A stretch of DNA of 64,000 nucleotides from NCBI RefSeq assembly GCF_963921235.1, contig NC_086108.1, positions 3,472,001 to 3,536,000 on the forward strand. The letters run 5' to 3'. The DNA is from Mobula hypostoma. Lineage: Eukaryota. Both the position numbers and the translations under genes were made by a program. This document shows, one piece after another, positions 12,560 through 24,984 of the stretch; within the stretch, counting starts at the first letter, position 1; every line of letters starts with the position of its first letter. Below the pieces are notes generated by a model that made no database searches, was not told where the DNA came from, and saw only the letters and a list, made by a program, of their open reading frames with translations.

Positions 12560-13050
12560 CTTCAAAGTTCAAAGTCACCATATACAACCCTGAGATTCAT
12601 TTTCCTGTGGGTATACTCAGCAAATCTATAACAGGATAACTATAACTGCAACCAGAGTGCAGAAGACAACAAACTATGCAAATATAAATAAATAATGAGA
12701 ACTTGAAATAATGAAGTAGTCCTTAAACTGAGATTATTGGCTGTGGGAACATCTCAATGGATGGGCAAGTGAGTGTAGTTATCTGCTTTTGTTCAAGAGC
12801 CTGATGGGTGAGGGTTAGTAACTGTTATTGAACCTGGTGGTGAGTTCTGAGGATCTTGTACCTTCCATCTGATGGCAGCAGGGAATAAAGAGCATGACCT
12901 GGGTGGGGGTCTCTGATGGATGCTGCTTTCCTACAACAGTGTTTCATGTAGATGTGCTCAATGGTTGGGAGGCCTTTACCTGTGATGTACTGGACTGAAA
13001 CCGCTACTTTTAGTCTGATTTTCTGTTCAAAGGCTTTGGTGTTTTCAATC
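12560..13050 (-). mobile_element. Rex1/Babar LINE 3' fragment
   Basis: QYITGKGLPTIEHIYMKHCCRKAASIRDPHPGHALYSLLPSDGRY; tttgaactttga tail. Confidence 0.75.
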
Positions 13051-13300
13051 AACCCAATCCCCATGGCATAGAGGTTAGCACCCCGAAGATAGAGGGTTCA
13101 CAAAGTATAAAATATGCTGATGGACTGATGGCCTTGAGTAAGTGGAATGTGGAAAGCCTGGAATTGATCTACAAGATTGAGAGCCATGGATAGGATAGTC
13201 AATGTCTTTTTATTTCTCCAAGATCAGTGAGCATGAAATTGGAGGGCATATAAGCACCCATCAACAATAATTCCATTTTATTGTCACACATCCCCTAACC

Positions 13301-13387
13301 CAGGGTTCCCAACCTAGGGTCCACAGACCCCTTGGTTAATGGTAGGGGTCCTGGCATATATTTGGAAAAAAAGGTGGGGAACCCCTG
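13301..13387. mobile_element. ~80-bp hAT (Charlie-type) MITE; other copies 56218-56297 and 57132-57211
   Basis: CAGGGGTTCCCAACC...GGTTGGGAACCCCTG-type TIRs; the copy at 57132-57211 has a perfect 8-bp TSD ttctaaat. Confidence 0.8.
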
Positions 13388-13727
13388 CCCAATCCCTTAG
13401 ATTCTATCACTTGCTACATGCTAGAGGAAGTTTATGGTACCAGTTGAATTACCAACCTGGAATAATTGGCACTTTCATTTTTTTTTTAAAAATCTCACAT
13501 TCACAAGGACAATGCATAAACTTCACGTCTAGTATCGTTAGTCAGGATTAAGAGAGAGCAGCTCCTATCACTGCCCCTCTCCACTCTTCATTGCTGGGTC
13601 AAAAGGAGTGTCACATCTATGAACTGGACCAGAGGTTTTGTTGAACTGGTGATTCTTGCTTAGAAGAAGCCAAGACCTTCCTGACTATTACCGATCCTTC
13701 CTTTTCTATCTTTAAACCATGTGGTTT

Positions 13728-15095
13728 TCTCTTTCAATATTTTATTAATATTATATAAATTGCATAAATATACAAAATTTATAAGGATACAAATAATAAA
13801 TGCATTACATTTAAATCACAGTAATATGATCACAGTATCCCATAATCCAGATCAATCATGTAGAAAAAAAACTGAATTATGAAATGAAATAATATAAGAT
13901 CATTGTATTTTATTTAAAAAAAATCTACCCCCACTACCAAAATGAGCTGGTTGGTGAAAAAAAAAAGAAATACCTTACCATATAATAATATTATAATAAT
14001 AATGGCTCAGGTCCATACTTTAATAACAGTTCAAAGATTATGAAAATAACTCAGAAAGGGTCCCCATAACATTAGAAAATCATGTTTAGAATCAGAAATC
14101 GAACAATGAATCTTCTCTAGATCAAGGCACAACATAACATCAGATAGACACTGAGCACGAGTGGGCGGGGCGGCCTCCTTCCATTTGAGCAAGATCGCCC
14201 TCCTGGCCATAAGAGACATAAAGGCCAATACCCGCAAATTGGATGGCTTCAGTTTTGTTGTGCTACCCTCGACAATACCAAACATGGCAGTCAAGGATTG
14301 GGCTTAAAACTAATATTGAAGAGTACTGAGAAAGTTTGAAATACATCTTTCCAAAATTTTTCAAGGCTCGGACATGTCCAAAACACATGAATTAGTGTGG
14401 CCACTCCATTACTAAATCTATCACAGTAAGGGGAAATATCTGCGTAGAAACGAGAGAGCTTGTCTTGAGACATATGAACTCTATGTACCACTTTAAATTG
14501 TAATAAAGAATGATGAGCACATAATGATGAAAAGTTAATCAATTTTAAAATAATCTTGCAGCTCTCTTCAGATATGAAAATCTGTAAATCCTTTTCCCAG
14601 TCTCCTTTAATTTTGTCTAAAGAGGCCTTTTTCAGTCCCAGCAGCAGACCATAAATGTAAGATATTGAACTGTTGTCAAAGGATTTCAAATTAAAAATTG
14701 TATCTATTATATTCCTATCTGGACTCATAGGAAATGTTTGTAATTGAGATCTTAAAAAAATCTCTAATCTGTAAAAAATCAAAAAAATTAAAAAGGTGGG
14801 GTTTGAGAGGGAGAATCTTAATCAACCAAAATATTTTCTAAACTGTAACCAAATCCTCGAAGTATGTTTGACCAGCACATTGTCAGTTAGTTTATCTAAA
14901 GATAAAGGAAGTGTGGACCCAAGTAAAGAAATAATGGAAAATTTCGTAATAGAGTTGACTTCTAAAGAAACCCATATAGGGCAATTCTCACGGTTAATGT
15001 AATATATCCAGAACGTAATATTTCATATATTAACTGCTCAATAGTATAACCTAAAATTTGGGTAAGGCAAAGCCTCTATTCTGTTTGGTTTTTAG
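13728..15095 (-). mobile_element. L1-clade LINE, ORF2 C-terminus and 3'-UTR
   Basis: SSLCAHHSLLQFKVVHRVH..SPYCDRF..LIHVFWTCPSLEKFW (CCHC-type region); LMARRAILLKWK; AATAAA on the minus strand near 13740. Confidence 0.85.
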
Positions 15096-16468
15096 TTCAT
15101 TTTATTTTACAATACAACTCTGATTCATCCTTTCTAGATGGCCATGAAATACAAAAAAAAAACCACGGGATGAAAGACATCACCCCCCCCCCCACAAAGA
15201 AAGGAAAAAGAAACAAAACTTGCAAACACCAAGCCCCCCAACCCCTCCCTCGCTCAAAAAAACTAAGATTGCCCACATAGAAAATGGCGACTGGAACATC
15301 AAAAACCCCAAACCCCAACCCTCTCCCTTGCAAAAGAAAAGCAGCAATAACATTAAACCCCCAACCCCCTCTTTCACACACAAAACCAGATCGGCCATAC
15401 AGAAAAACACCAACAAGAACATCAGACACCAAATCCCCAAACCTTCCCTCACACAAAAAGTAACATATTGCTCACCCACCAACTGGCAACAAGAAAAAAC
15501 AGTAAACTGATATGGACCAAAGTAAACAACAGTCCAATAATCACATAAATCTCAGAATTTAGAAGACATCCTCCCGGTAGCATGGAGGAGAGTGCCCACA
15601 CGAACTCAGTCCTTCTGTGAAGAGTGACAGCCATGCCAGGTCTGAACACTGCCAACCTGGCTACTGACTGCTGCAACCCCATGGCCTCCGTAGAGAGTGA
15701 CTGCCGACCTCCTCTGCCTTTGCATTGATGCTTCCAAATGGAGTCTATCATGCCCCCCCCCAACTCCACCTGGGCTCTGATCTTCTCCACGAGGCAGCTC
15801 ATGCTCTCAGTCTTCTCCAGGGACAGCAGCGCTAGATCATTCGACCAAATTCCAACTGCACGTCGCAGGCTCCAACGATTTCCAAGAAGCAATCAAGACA
15901 AAAAGAACAAGCAGAAAATGTAGAGAAAGTGAAATAATTAAAGAGATTGGCTATCTGGCAGGTGTTGCCCAAAGCGCCAGCAAACAGTGGTTCCACCTTC
16001 AGTTTGTGTTTATTGCAAGATCTGCAATACACGTAACTTGAAATTTTAAAACGCAAACACGAGGAAAACTGCAGATGCTGGTAATTCAAGCAACTGTACC
16101 TCTTCCTAGAGATGCTGCCTGGCCTGCTGCATTCACCAGCAACTTTGATGTGTGTAATTTGAAATTTTAATGTGTGGATGCCTCGGGCAGAATCATTTAC
16201 TGCCTATCATGGAACCCAGCAAAAGTGTAAGAGGCAACTGACTCAAAAAAAAACTATTTTGTAACCCCTTGCATATTCTCTTAGCTCCTGAAAGGATGGA
16301 GTATCCCCTTTTAAAATCTGTATTTTCACATTTCCTTAGAGGGCCTGGATGTGACATTGTGACTAGTTGGTAGGCAGAATTTACAGGTGACTGACATTGT
16401 GTGATGTTCAATTGCTCCAGACAATATTGTAGCGAATAAGTAATCTGTTTTTTTTTTGTCCGTTCCAG

Positions 16469-17027
16469 TTAAACATGCATTTAATTTGTCTGCTGTGGCT
16501 GAACACTTAATGACGGAGACAGCTGAAATGTCTGTGAAGGCACGGCTGTTACCAGATGTCCACGTGAAAGGCTCCAGTGACCAGGTTTTATGGAGTTTTG
16601 ACTTGAGTGAATTTTCATCAAGCAAGTCCTTTTGTTTTTACTCCTCCTCCTTGTGCCCCCCCCCCACCTCCTCCAGGGCTTCTAAGTAACTTCTTCCTAC
16701 AGTGCTGCATTGCAAGAATGCACAACCCTAACCAATGGAAAGGTCGCATATTTTCTGCAACCTTGTGGTATTTGATTAGGGCTCCCTTCTCCACTATGCA
16801 ACTGGTCAATGTTTGCACTCTAGATCTATCTACCAGCTGTCCACCTTAAACTATATGGCATTGTACTCACATCCTGGCAAAGAGGTAATTTTCAAGATCT
16901 GTCCTAACGAATCTAACTTCAGCTTGGTGGTGCATGGCATAGACAAATTAAGAACAGAAATATTTAAGTTAGTAAAACACCAAGCCTGTTGTTTTAAGTG
17001 AACCTACCTTGTATTGGCAAAATTAAA
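16469..17027 (+). other. SELENOW: Terminal non-coding (3'-UTR) exon of the SELENOW-type gene; 3' end uncertain
   Basis: Strong acceptor tttttttttgtccgttccag ending 16468; contains the SECIS. Candidate poly(A) signals ATTAAA 17022-17027 and AATAAA 17380-17385. Confidence 0.7.
16493..16577 (+). promoter_or_regulatory. SECIS element (eukaryotic type 2), cis-regulatory RNA hairpin
   Basis: A-UGAC (16510-16514)/AGAU (16554-16557) non-Watson-Crick core; helix II GGAGACAGCUG/CGGCUGUUACC (10 of 11 paired incl. G-U); unpaired AAA 16526-16528; apical mini-helix UGUCU/AGGCA; helix I CUG.GGCU...CAC/GUG...GGCU.CAG. Confidence 0.92.
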
Positions 17028-18339
17028 TGCTATGATTATGTTCCTCCTTAATGATTACATCAGTTTTGACCATCGTAAAATATAGGAGCTAAATTAGCCC
17101 ATTTGATGAGATAAGTGAAAACAGTAACATTACTTCCCCTTGTAACAGATGCAGATTGCACACTTGCTTATAAACTATTATTCCAAAAGAAATGCTGCGT
17201 ATATTGGAAAATTCTTAATGACAAGCTACTAAGCAGGTCTGACATGATGTTTCAGATTGCAGACTTGTTATTTTGAGATTTTAATGGTATTACCTTGCCT
17301 CCTGAGTATTTCTGCCACTTTTGAATTCATCTTATCCTGGGTGATCTCAAATGTATCAATTTTACTGATGTAGTACTGCAATAAAATCAATGACAATCTG
17401 TGTGGGACTATCTTAATTTTAAATACCTCTGTTCTCCAATGCAATTGCAAAGGTGATGCTGGAAGAACTTGGATCACGTAGCATCTGTGGAGCAAAATGA
17501 ACTGTCAACATTTCAGGCTGAGATCCTTTCAGGCCCAAAACATTGATTGTTCATCCCTTCTGTAGATGCTTCCTGACCTGCAGAGTTCCACCAGGCCCAG
17601 AATATCAACTGTTCATTCCCTTCCTGACTTGCAGAGTTCCTACAGCTTTTGTGTGTTGCCCCACATCTACAGCATTTGCAGAATCTCTTGTGGCTCTCAT
17701 GGAGCTGTCTGATATAACTTGTGTTTCTTGCAGTGAAGTCACATTTACCACAAGTAGTCCAAGGAACCACTTGTATACCTGTCTATGATGCTACACTCTC
17801 AGCCTGCACATCATGTATTCTGCTCTTTGAATAACCTGTACTGTTTAATATTATACTCCACCACTTTGGCAGAAATTCACATTCTCATTTGTGACGGCAT
17901 AGGAGTGCCATTGGTAGATTATTCTGAATATTCAGAGGGAACCTGTGAGATAAATTTTCATCCATCCCCATTTTAGAGTTTGGAATTAACAACATTTTGT
18001 TCAAACTTGCACTCAGTATTCTTGGCCCACAGTAATGTATCACTGGATGCGTTACATAGACCCAAATCAAATACAGGTTGATGGAGGAGCACAGAAGGAT
18101 CTTGCTGGGCCCTGCAATCTGAATTCCTACCATGAGCTACCTTCCTATAACAACACCACCGCTCCTCCCCAGACAACATTTTCGAGAATGTTGTATACTA
18201 ATTGCCATATATTTGGTTAAACCTGGCACCTGAAGGATGGTGGCTGAAATCCTAATTTACTTGGCAGCAGAGAAATGTACCTTCTCAAGAAAGTTCACTG
18301 CTACAGCGCTGCTTAATAGCCAAGTAGTGAATACTCACC

Positions 18340-18670
18340 TCCACCAGTCTCACACCCTTGTTGTAGGGTATAAAGGCTTGTGTTTGCTGAAGGCATGGCT
18401 TTATACTTTGGCTCTTGGTAGGGTCACCCATGTCAAAGGGTAGAGGCCAGACTGAGAATGGTCCACCAGTCCTCCAGGTTTGGGGGTTCAGCTCAGGGCT
18501 ATTAACGCTGACGGGTAAAACAAAATTGTTACAGAGACAGCAATGAAGAGTCCTACAACTGAGCATCATGAGTCTCCACTCGGGAATTGCATGATTGACA
18601 GTAGTGAAAACAGAGGAAGCTCCGAACACTGCCAGAGTTGGGGGACCTTCATTGCCGCCGTAAATGCCAG
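18340..18670 (+). mobile_element. RTE-related short element (5'-UTR-like); copies at ~19525-19845 (-) and ~59185-59582 (-)
   Basis: Shared ggtcaaagggtagaggccagac..tggtccacc..cagctcagggctaacaaccctgactggtaaaac; the head GGACCACAACCTTGTC resembles the Bov-A/RTE 5' end (recalled). Confidence 0.65.
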
Positions 18671-20075
18671 CAGTGAGTGAATAGTTCACCCATGGATCAA
18701 GGCAATAATGTTTCTTAATTGTACATATGATTTTTTTTTGTGTTCTATCGCTGAGCAGCAGTGAACCATCTGATTGGCCTATCAGAGTTCTCTCTGGGAA
18801 TTAGTTGACTTGATCAGCATTTCTGATCTGGCTATTGTTTACGATTGCACTTAATTAAAATTAAATTTAAAAAATTAATTCCAAAAGAAACATGACTGGC
18901 ACAGAGAATTGTTGTACCATGGCTAGCCAGAAAGTCCTGTCTGGAAACTGACCAAGTTGATTTTTAACCTGCATGAATTGTGCATCACAGCTTCTAAATG
19001 AAGACTAATGTGCCAATACAACAGTGCAATTGTTAATCCAGAAGCCTCAATTATCGGGAAATTAAAGGTGAAATGCAACCAATGGCAGTTGTGCAGTTTT
19101 AGTCAAAGTAAAATGATGATATATAGGTATTTGCATGAAAATAAATACAACAGCTAATTCAATAAATATTGAATAAAAAAAAGTCAGACCCAGTCATGCT
19201 AATTATCAACATACCTGATTGTAAAAAGCCACTTGCATCCTTTCCTAAAGTGTGTTCATGAGCATGGCCGTACAGTATACCCTTTGTCCTGCCTGTTAGT
19301 GACTCACTAAAATGCTGGATGTGCCTCACGTGCTATGAATAAACAAAAATGAGGCTACTCAGCAAAACACCCAACTGCCATCAAAAAAAGCAGCTAAATC
19401 CAAGCAAGAGGGAAAATAAAACATTTGACATTTTGAATGGTGGGTCCTTTACTTCAACAATGAGTTTAAAATTCTGTGTTGGTATTTCTTTTGAACAATA
19501 AACCTATAGATTAATGTCTCTCTTTTGCCCGGTATGCTGCTGGCATTTAGGACAGCAATGAAGGTCTTCCATCTCAAGGCTTCAGATGTAGAAGTACTCT
19601 TCATTGCTGCTTCTGTAACAGTTCTGTTTTACCAGTCAGGGTTGTTAGCCCTGAGCTGAACACCCAAACCTGGAGGATGGGTGGTCCATTTTTAGTCCTG
19701 CCTCTACCCTTTGACCTGTTTGGTATGGCTGATCTTATCAAGAGCCAAAACATAAAGTCCTGACTCCAGCCTACATAGCTCTCCAGGTCAGTGAGGAGCG
19801 CGAGCCCCCAAACCCTATGACAAGGTTGTGGTCCTCTTGGAGGAATAGATTGATGTATGAAGGGGAAAATTACATCCACACTAGACCGGATAACTTTGAA
19901 AACGCCGGTTTTGCGTATAAACGATAGACGTCCACACTAGGGGTTTTTGAAAATATCTCCGCCCACATTAAAACGGGTATTTGGGCGAATCTCCCCCCAC
20001 TGGGCATGCGCAGGACACACAGAAAACATGCGAAGAGGAAACGGTATACTTGGTGCACGTTTGTCCAGTTACGGA

Positions 20076-21974
20076 CATAGTTCCCTCTAAGCCGTGCACG
20101 CGCGCACACACGTTTTTCAACTAGCACACAAAGGAAATTAATGTGAGCATAAAAGGTTAGTTACCTAAAATAATGTAGTAGTTAATAATTACACTTATTG
20201 AAAATAATCTTTTAGTTAACTGTTTCTGTTAACTAGTTAGTCAGTTTTTCAAATACCACAACGCACATCACTAATTTACGTCACCTCATCTATCCTGTTC
20301 CGGTTTGTACAGCCACATCACAGCGGCAGCCATGTTTGGCGGACAGTGTTCATATCGTAAAGTTTACACAGATCTGTTTCAAATCCTGTAGATAGCTTAC
20401 TAAGTTTTTATTGGAAAAAATATTGATTCACGATGTGGAATTCAAAAGAAGCGAAGGGCGTGAAGCACAAAAGAACAGCAAATTTGTTAAGGTTGAATGG
20501 CTTAACAAAATAGTAGAAACTGTTACACCGAAAGCTCATGAGGTCATGAATGTTCAGCTACGAGAAATATTTATGTATGATTTGGAAACTGGAGTTCATC
20601 TGTTTGTATTGTCGTGATGCGAAAGTTGCTGGCGAATTTGCTAGTGGAAAGAAGTGGGATGATATTTGAAAACTTGACTTTTTGAAGCATCATTTGGCAA
20701 GTAAATCGCATTTGGACGGTGTACAAAAGCTCAGGCAACAGAACCCATCATTACCTGTTACAGGAGTGCTACGCATGTTAGAGTTGAGTGCTAATGAGCG
20801 AGAGCGGAAATAATCAAACCCAGAGGAGATCAAAGTTGAGGTACAAGAATGGTCAGCTTTTGATTTCTCCGCAATTGCAGATTGTGACTTCACAGTTGGC
20901 GATGAACAAGTTAATGCCTTATGTCTAAAATATCATGATTTTCTAGCTGAAAATATTGTAATAGACTGTTTAATGAGTTCAAATTTTCCGTGCAAGAAAA
21001 AATTAAATCCAAACTGATTTCAAACTTTGCTCAAATGGCATTTGTACTTCAAAATGAACAGTTTTGCGACCTTGCACAGTTGATGGACATTGGGGGAATC
21101 TTTCTTGCATCTATTGCAGACCGTGAACCAGGTTTTAGCCCAATGAATCAACTCAAAAACAAGCTGAGAAACGGTTTAGGTGAACATCATTTGGATATGT
21201 TAGTGAGAATCAAAAGCTATCAATGGGATGGAAGTTCTATTAGTTGAGATAGAGTTTACAAGGAATGGATAAATGCCAAAGACAGGAAAGAGAAAAAATA
21301 ACTGAGTGACTTTAATATGATAAAAAATTAAATATCTCCAACCTGATGGCATGAACATTGACTTCTCTAACTTCTGTTAATGCCCCTCCTCCCCTTCGTA
21401 CCCCATCCCTTATTTATTTATTATTATTATAATGATTTTTTCTTTCCCCCTTTTTTTCTGTCTCTTTTCTCCCTCTGTCCCTCTCACTATAACTCCTTGC
21501 CCATCGTCTGAGCTTCCCCAACCCTTTCTTTCTCCCCAGGCTTCCCATCCCATGATCTTCTCCCTTCTCCAACCTCGTATCCCTTTTGCCAATCAACTTT
21601 CCAGGTCTTAGCTCCATCCCTCCCCCTCCTGTCTTCTTCTATCATTTCATATCTCCCCCTTCCACTTTCAAATCTCTTACTGTCTCTTCTTTCCGTTAGT
21701 CCTGACGAAGGGTCTCGGCCTGAAATGTTGACTATACCTCTTCCTATAGATGCTGCCTCGCCTGCTGTGTTCACCAGCTTTTTTTGTGTGTGTGACTTAA
21801 ATATGTATGTTATTTTGTTGTTATTCTGTGCAGTTTTATGTCAAATATTTTGTAAACCTACATAATCTGTCCCATGTGTGCATTCAGTGCGTACATACTT
21901 TTGTCACAGGAAAAAAATTTGCACAACATAAGATTTTTGAGCACACTGATTACTAAAAATTAGAGGGAACATTG
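20076..21974 (+). mobile_element. hAT (Tip100/Arthur-like) DNA transposon, degraded
   Basis: TIRs ..gttccctctaa / ttagagggaac..; 8-bp TSD gttacgga (20068-20075)/gttacaga (21975-21982); hAT dimerisation-domain remnant SIADREPGFSPMNQLKNKLRNGL..LDMLVRI. Confidence 0.88.
21320..21791 (+). mobile_element. Penelope-like 3' fragment inserted in the hAT element
   Basis: ctccaacctgatggcatgaacattgacttctc (end of GIY-YIG ORF) through cctgacgaagggtctcggcc; TSD gtgacttWaatatg at 21306-21319 / 21792-21805. Confidence 0.8.
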
Positions 21975-23244
21975 GTTACAGACTAGGAAACTTAAAAGGA
22001 AATTGCCAAACGACGGACAGCTGTTGGCGCTCATGCAGGAGGACTTAAAACTTAAAAAGAAACAAATAGTGGAACGTAAGGAGGCAACTGACAGGGAGTT
22101 CACGGACAGTATGATCCGGCTGACGACGAATACTGAAAAACTGACTAACTCTGTTGTAGAGGGATTTGCAATGATGAGGAATATAATGGCTCCCCCCACC
22201 CAGTACTTTTCACTGCCACAATACCAGCCTCACAGCCACTACAATAGCTACACATACGGACACACAGACGCCCGGGTGACCCCACCAACATCTTCCCCAA
22301 TCCCACAGAGGGGTCACCCTGGAAACATTTCCTACAGCCATAGTCTCTTCACCGATGAAAGGGATGACAGGTTTTTTTTAAAACCTCCGGTTACCCCGCA
22401 CACACTACAATGCCCAACCAGCGTTTTCAGATTTAAACACTCTGGAGAGTGTTTTAGAAAAGCTCCGTTTTCAGGGGAGGAAAACGCCGTTTCAGTGTGA
22501 ATGGAGGGTCAAAATGAAGAGAAAAAACTTCGGTTACGGATTTATCCGGTCTAGCGTGGACGTGCATGCTGGTTTTTGGTCAGACTCTAAAATCTTCGGA
22601 CTTACTCAGTTACCTTCATACTTGGTGACAGAAAAATCAGACCTGAGGCAATGTTGATCTCAAAATTAGGAAGCAACTCCTTCAAATAATTACTTTTCTA
22701 AATGTCATCGTAACACGGTATTAGTAGTGTGTAAAGCAAAAAGATTGGGATAAATAAACCTGTTGATTCATTGTTTCAACATACTACCAAATTGAAACAC
22801 AAACAAGCAACCAAGACCATTATTGTACTAGTTCTTCAAAGTGGATTCCGATTCAATTATTTATCGCACATACATCAAAACACAGTGAAATGTCCTGAAG
22901 GGTCTCAGCCTGAAACATCAACGGTTTATTCTTTTCCCTAGATGCTGCCTAACTGACTGAGTTCCGCCAGTGTGTGTTGCTAGTGAAATGCATTGTTTGC
23001 GTTAACGAAACAGACAATTTAAAGATGTGCTGATGGCAGCTCACAAGTGATGCCACACATTCTGTCAGCAATAGAGCAAGCCCACAATGTTCAGCAGAAC
23101 AACACAGAAAATAACAAGCCGTTTACCACCCACCCAATCACATACACACAGCCTCCAATGCCAGGTCAACCCACATCCGAAGTTCTTGGCCCCAGATTTT
23201 CAGACATCAAGCCTCAAATCTCTGGACAGGGGCTTCAACCTCCA

Positions 23245-23520
23245 GGAAGTTTTGAGAAATCAATGTTCATGCCATCAGGTTGGAATATAAGCTGTTTCTC
23301 CTCCAACCTGACTGTGGCCTCATTGTGGCAGTAGAGGAGGCCATGGACTGACATGTTGGAATGGGAAGTAGAACTGAGATGGGTGGACACTGGGATATCC
23401 CACTTTTTGTGGTGGATGGAGTGAAGGTGCTCGATGAAACTGGGTTTTGATCTTTGTTGGATATCAGTGATATACAAGAGGCCTCACCAGGAGCACTGGA
23501 AACAGTAGATGACCCCAAGA
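23245..23520 (-). mobile_element. Penelope-like GIY-YIG endonuclease fragment
   Basis: GVIYCF..GLLYI..FIEHLHSI..PVSTHL..SHSNMSVHGL..RLEEKQLIF..QPDGMNIDF. Confidence 0.8.
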
Positions 23521-24984
23521 GCCCACCATCACCAACTCAAGGGCCTTGCCAATGACATCCCTAAATTATGTCAAGATAGTTGTGGCTGTCATGACATCAC
23601 AATATGTCAACAGGATGAGGTGCCTCAGTGCTATACACGATCCAATTGAGGAACAATTCTCGACATCCAGCAGAATTGTAAATGGTAGCTCTTCACTCGA
23701 GGCATGGACACTTTAATTATGTAAATACAATCTTTTTGGTTGTATGTACCAACCCAGGAAGATTCCAAAGCTAAAATCAGCTGGAGGAATGTGGTGGGTT
23801 GATCAGTATTTGTTGGAGGGAAAGGGAGGCAGGCAATTGCCAACATTTCAGATTCCAGCATGCACAACCTCCGTTTTCCAAGATTCTGAAGTTGTTTTCA
23901 AAGGAATATTTTGCACAATCTAAAACACTCCCACAGTTTTGAGGTGGAAATTAACGATCTGTCCTCAGTACAGAAACAAGCCATGCTCAAGTGTGATTTC
24001 TGCTCCCACACACCTTCCCAGAAAGATTAGGGAGATAACTGAAGGTTTGATAAAAGTAGGACTTACCTAGATCTAACGTGGTTAAGAATACGGCTGCAAT
24101 ATCTAGAGAATCAGACAAGGGAATAACAGCCGATCAATATTGAAGCATGATGTCTAAAAGCTAGCACTGGTGATCGTTGGTGATGTACTATGGATTGCAG
24201 ACAATAGTTCCAAATATCTTTTTAAATATACCTCTTCTGCATTATTTTCACAGAGTGTCTTCTACACACTGGTTGAATGTCCAAGTTGGGCAGTCATTCA
24301 CTGATTCTGTTATGGTTATTATCCTATAGATTTATTGCTAATGCCCACAAGAAAATAAACTTCGGGGTTGTATATGGTGACATAAAACCTTGATAATAAA
24401 ATTTATCTTGAACAGGTGAGGAAGAGATTACAGGGCAATGGGTATGCTATAGAAAAAAAATTTAAATCGTGTTAATGTAATTTCTATGAATTAGGAGGTG
24501 AATAACACTATCTGATAAACACAGAACATCAAACATTACCGCACAGTACAGGTCTTTTCGCCCACAATGCTGTGCCGACCTTTTAACTTGCACTCTGATC
24601 AGCTTAACCCTTCCCTTCTACATAACCGCCCATTTTTCTATCATCCATGCACCTAAGAGTTTCTTAAATGCCCTGATGTATGTTTCCCTACCAGCAACCC
24701 TGACAGAGTGTTTACAGGTGTGATAATGGAGATTTCAATTAAGATGCGTGTTGTCACATGAGCAAAGTCAGAGAGGTGCAGTTGGTAGATACTTAAAGTT
24801 AGTATTTTTGTTTGATACACATTCACAAATAAGCTGACAGCTTTTCGGATTGGGGAGATGGGAGAGGTGCTTTATTTGAACTACATGTAACAGTTTCAAA
24901 TGCCTGAATCGTCCCACCATCATACCTCCCTGTTTGCACCTATATTACAGACACCTAATACACACAAGTAATGAATTTAAATCT

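Larger units (their letters stand above)
19871..22564 (+). mobile_element. PIF/Harbinger-like DNA transposon remnant hosting a hAT element
   Basis: TIRs tacatccacactagaccggataa (19871-19893) / ttatccggtctagcgtggacgtg (22542-22564). ORF 22003-22500 (QLLALMQEDLKLKK..EFTDSMIRLTTNTEKLTNSVVEGFAMMR) resembles the C-terminal part of Harbinger Myb/SANT partner proteins. Confidence 0.65.

Noticed and set aside
15097..15990. Several 100-150-aa low-complexity ORFs next to the L1 fragment
   Set aside because: Compositionally biased and probably TE UTR or inter-ORF sequence; no recognisable domain.
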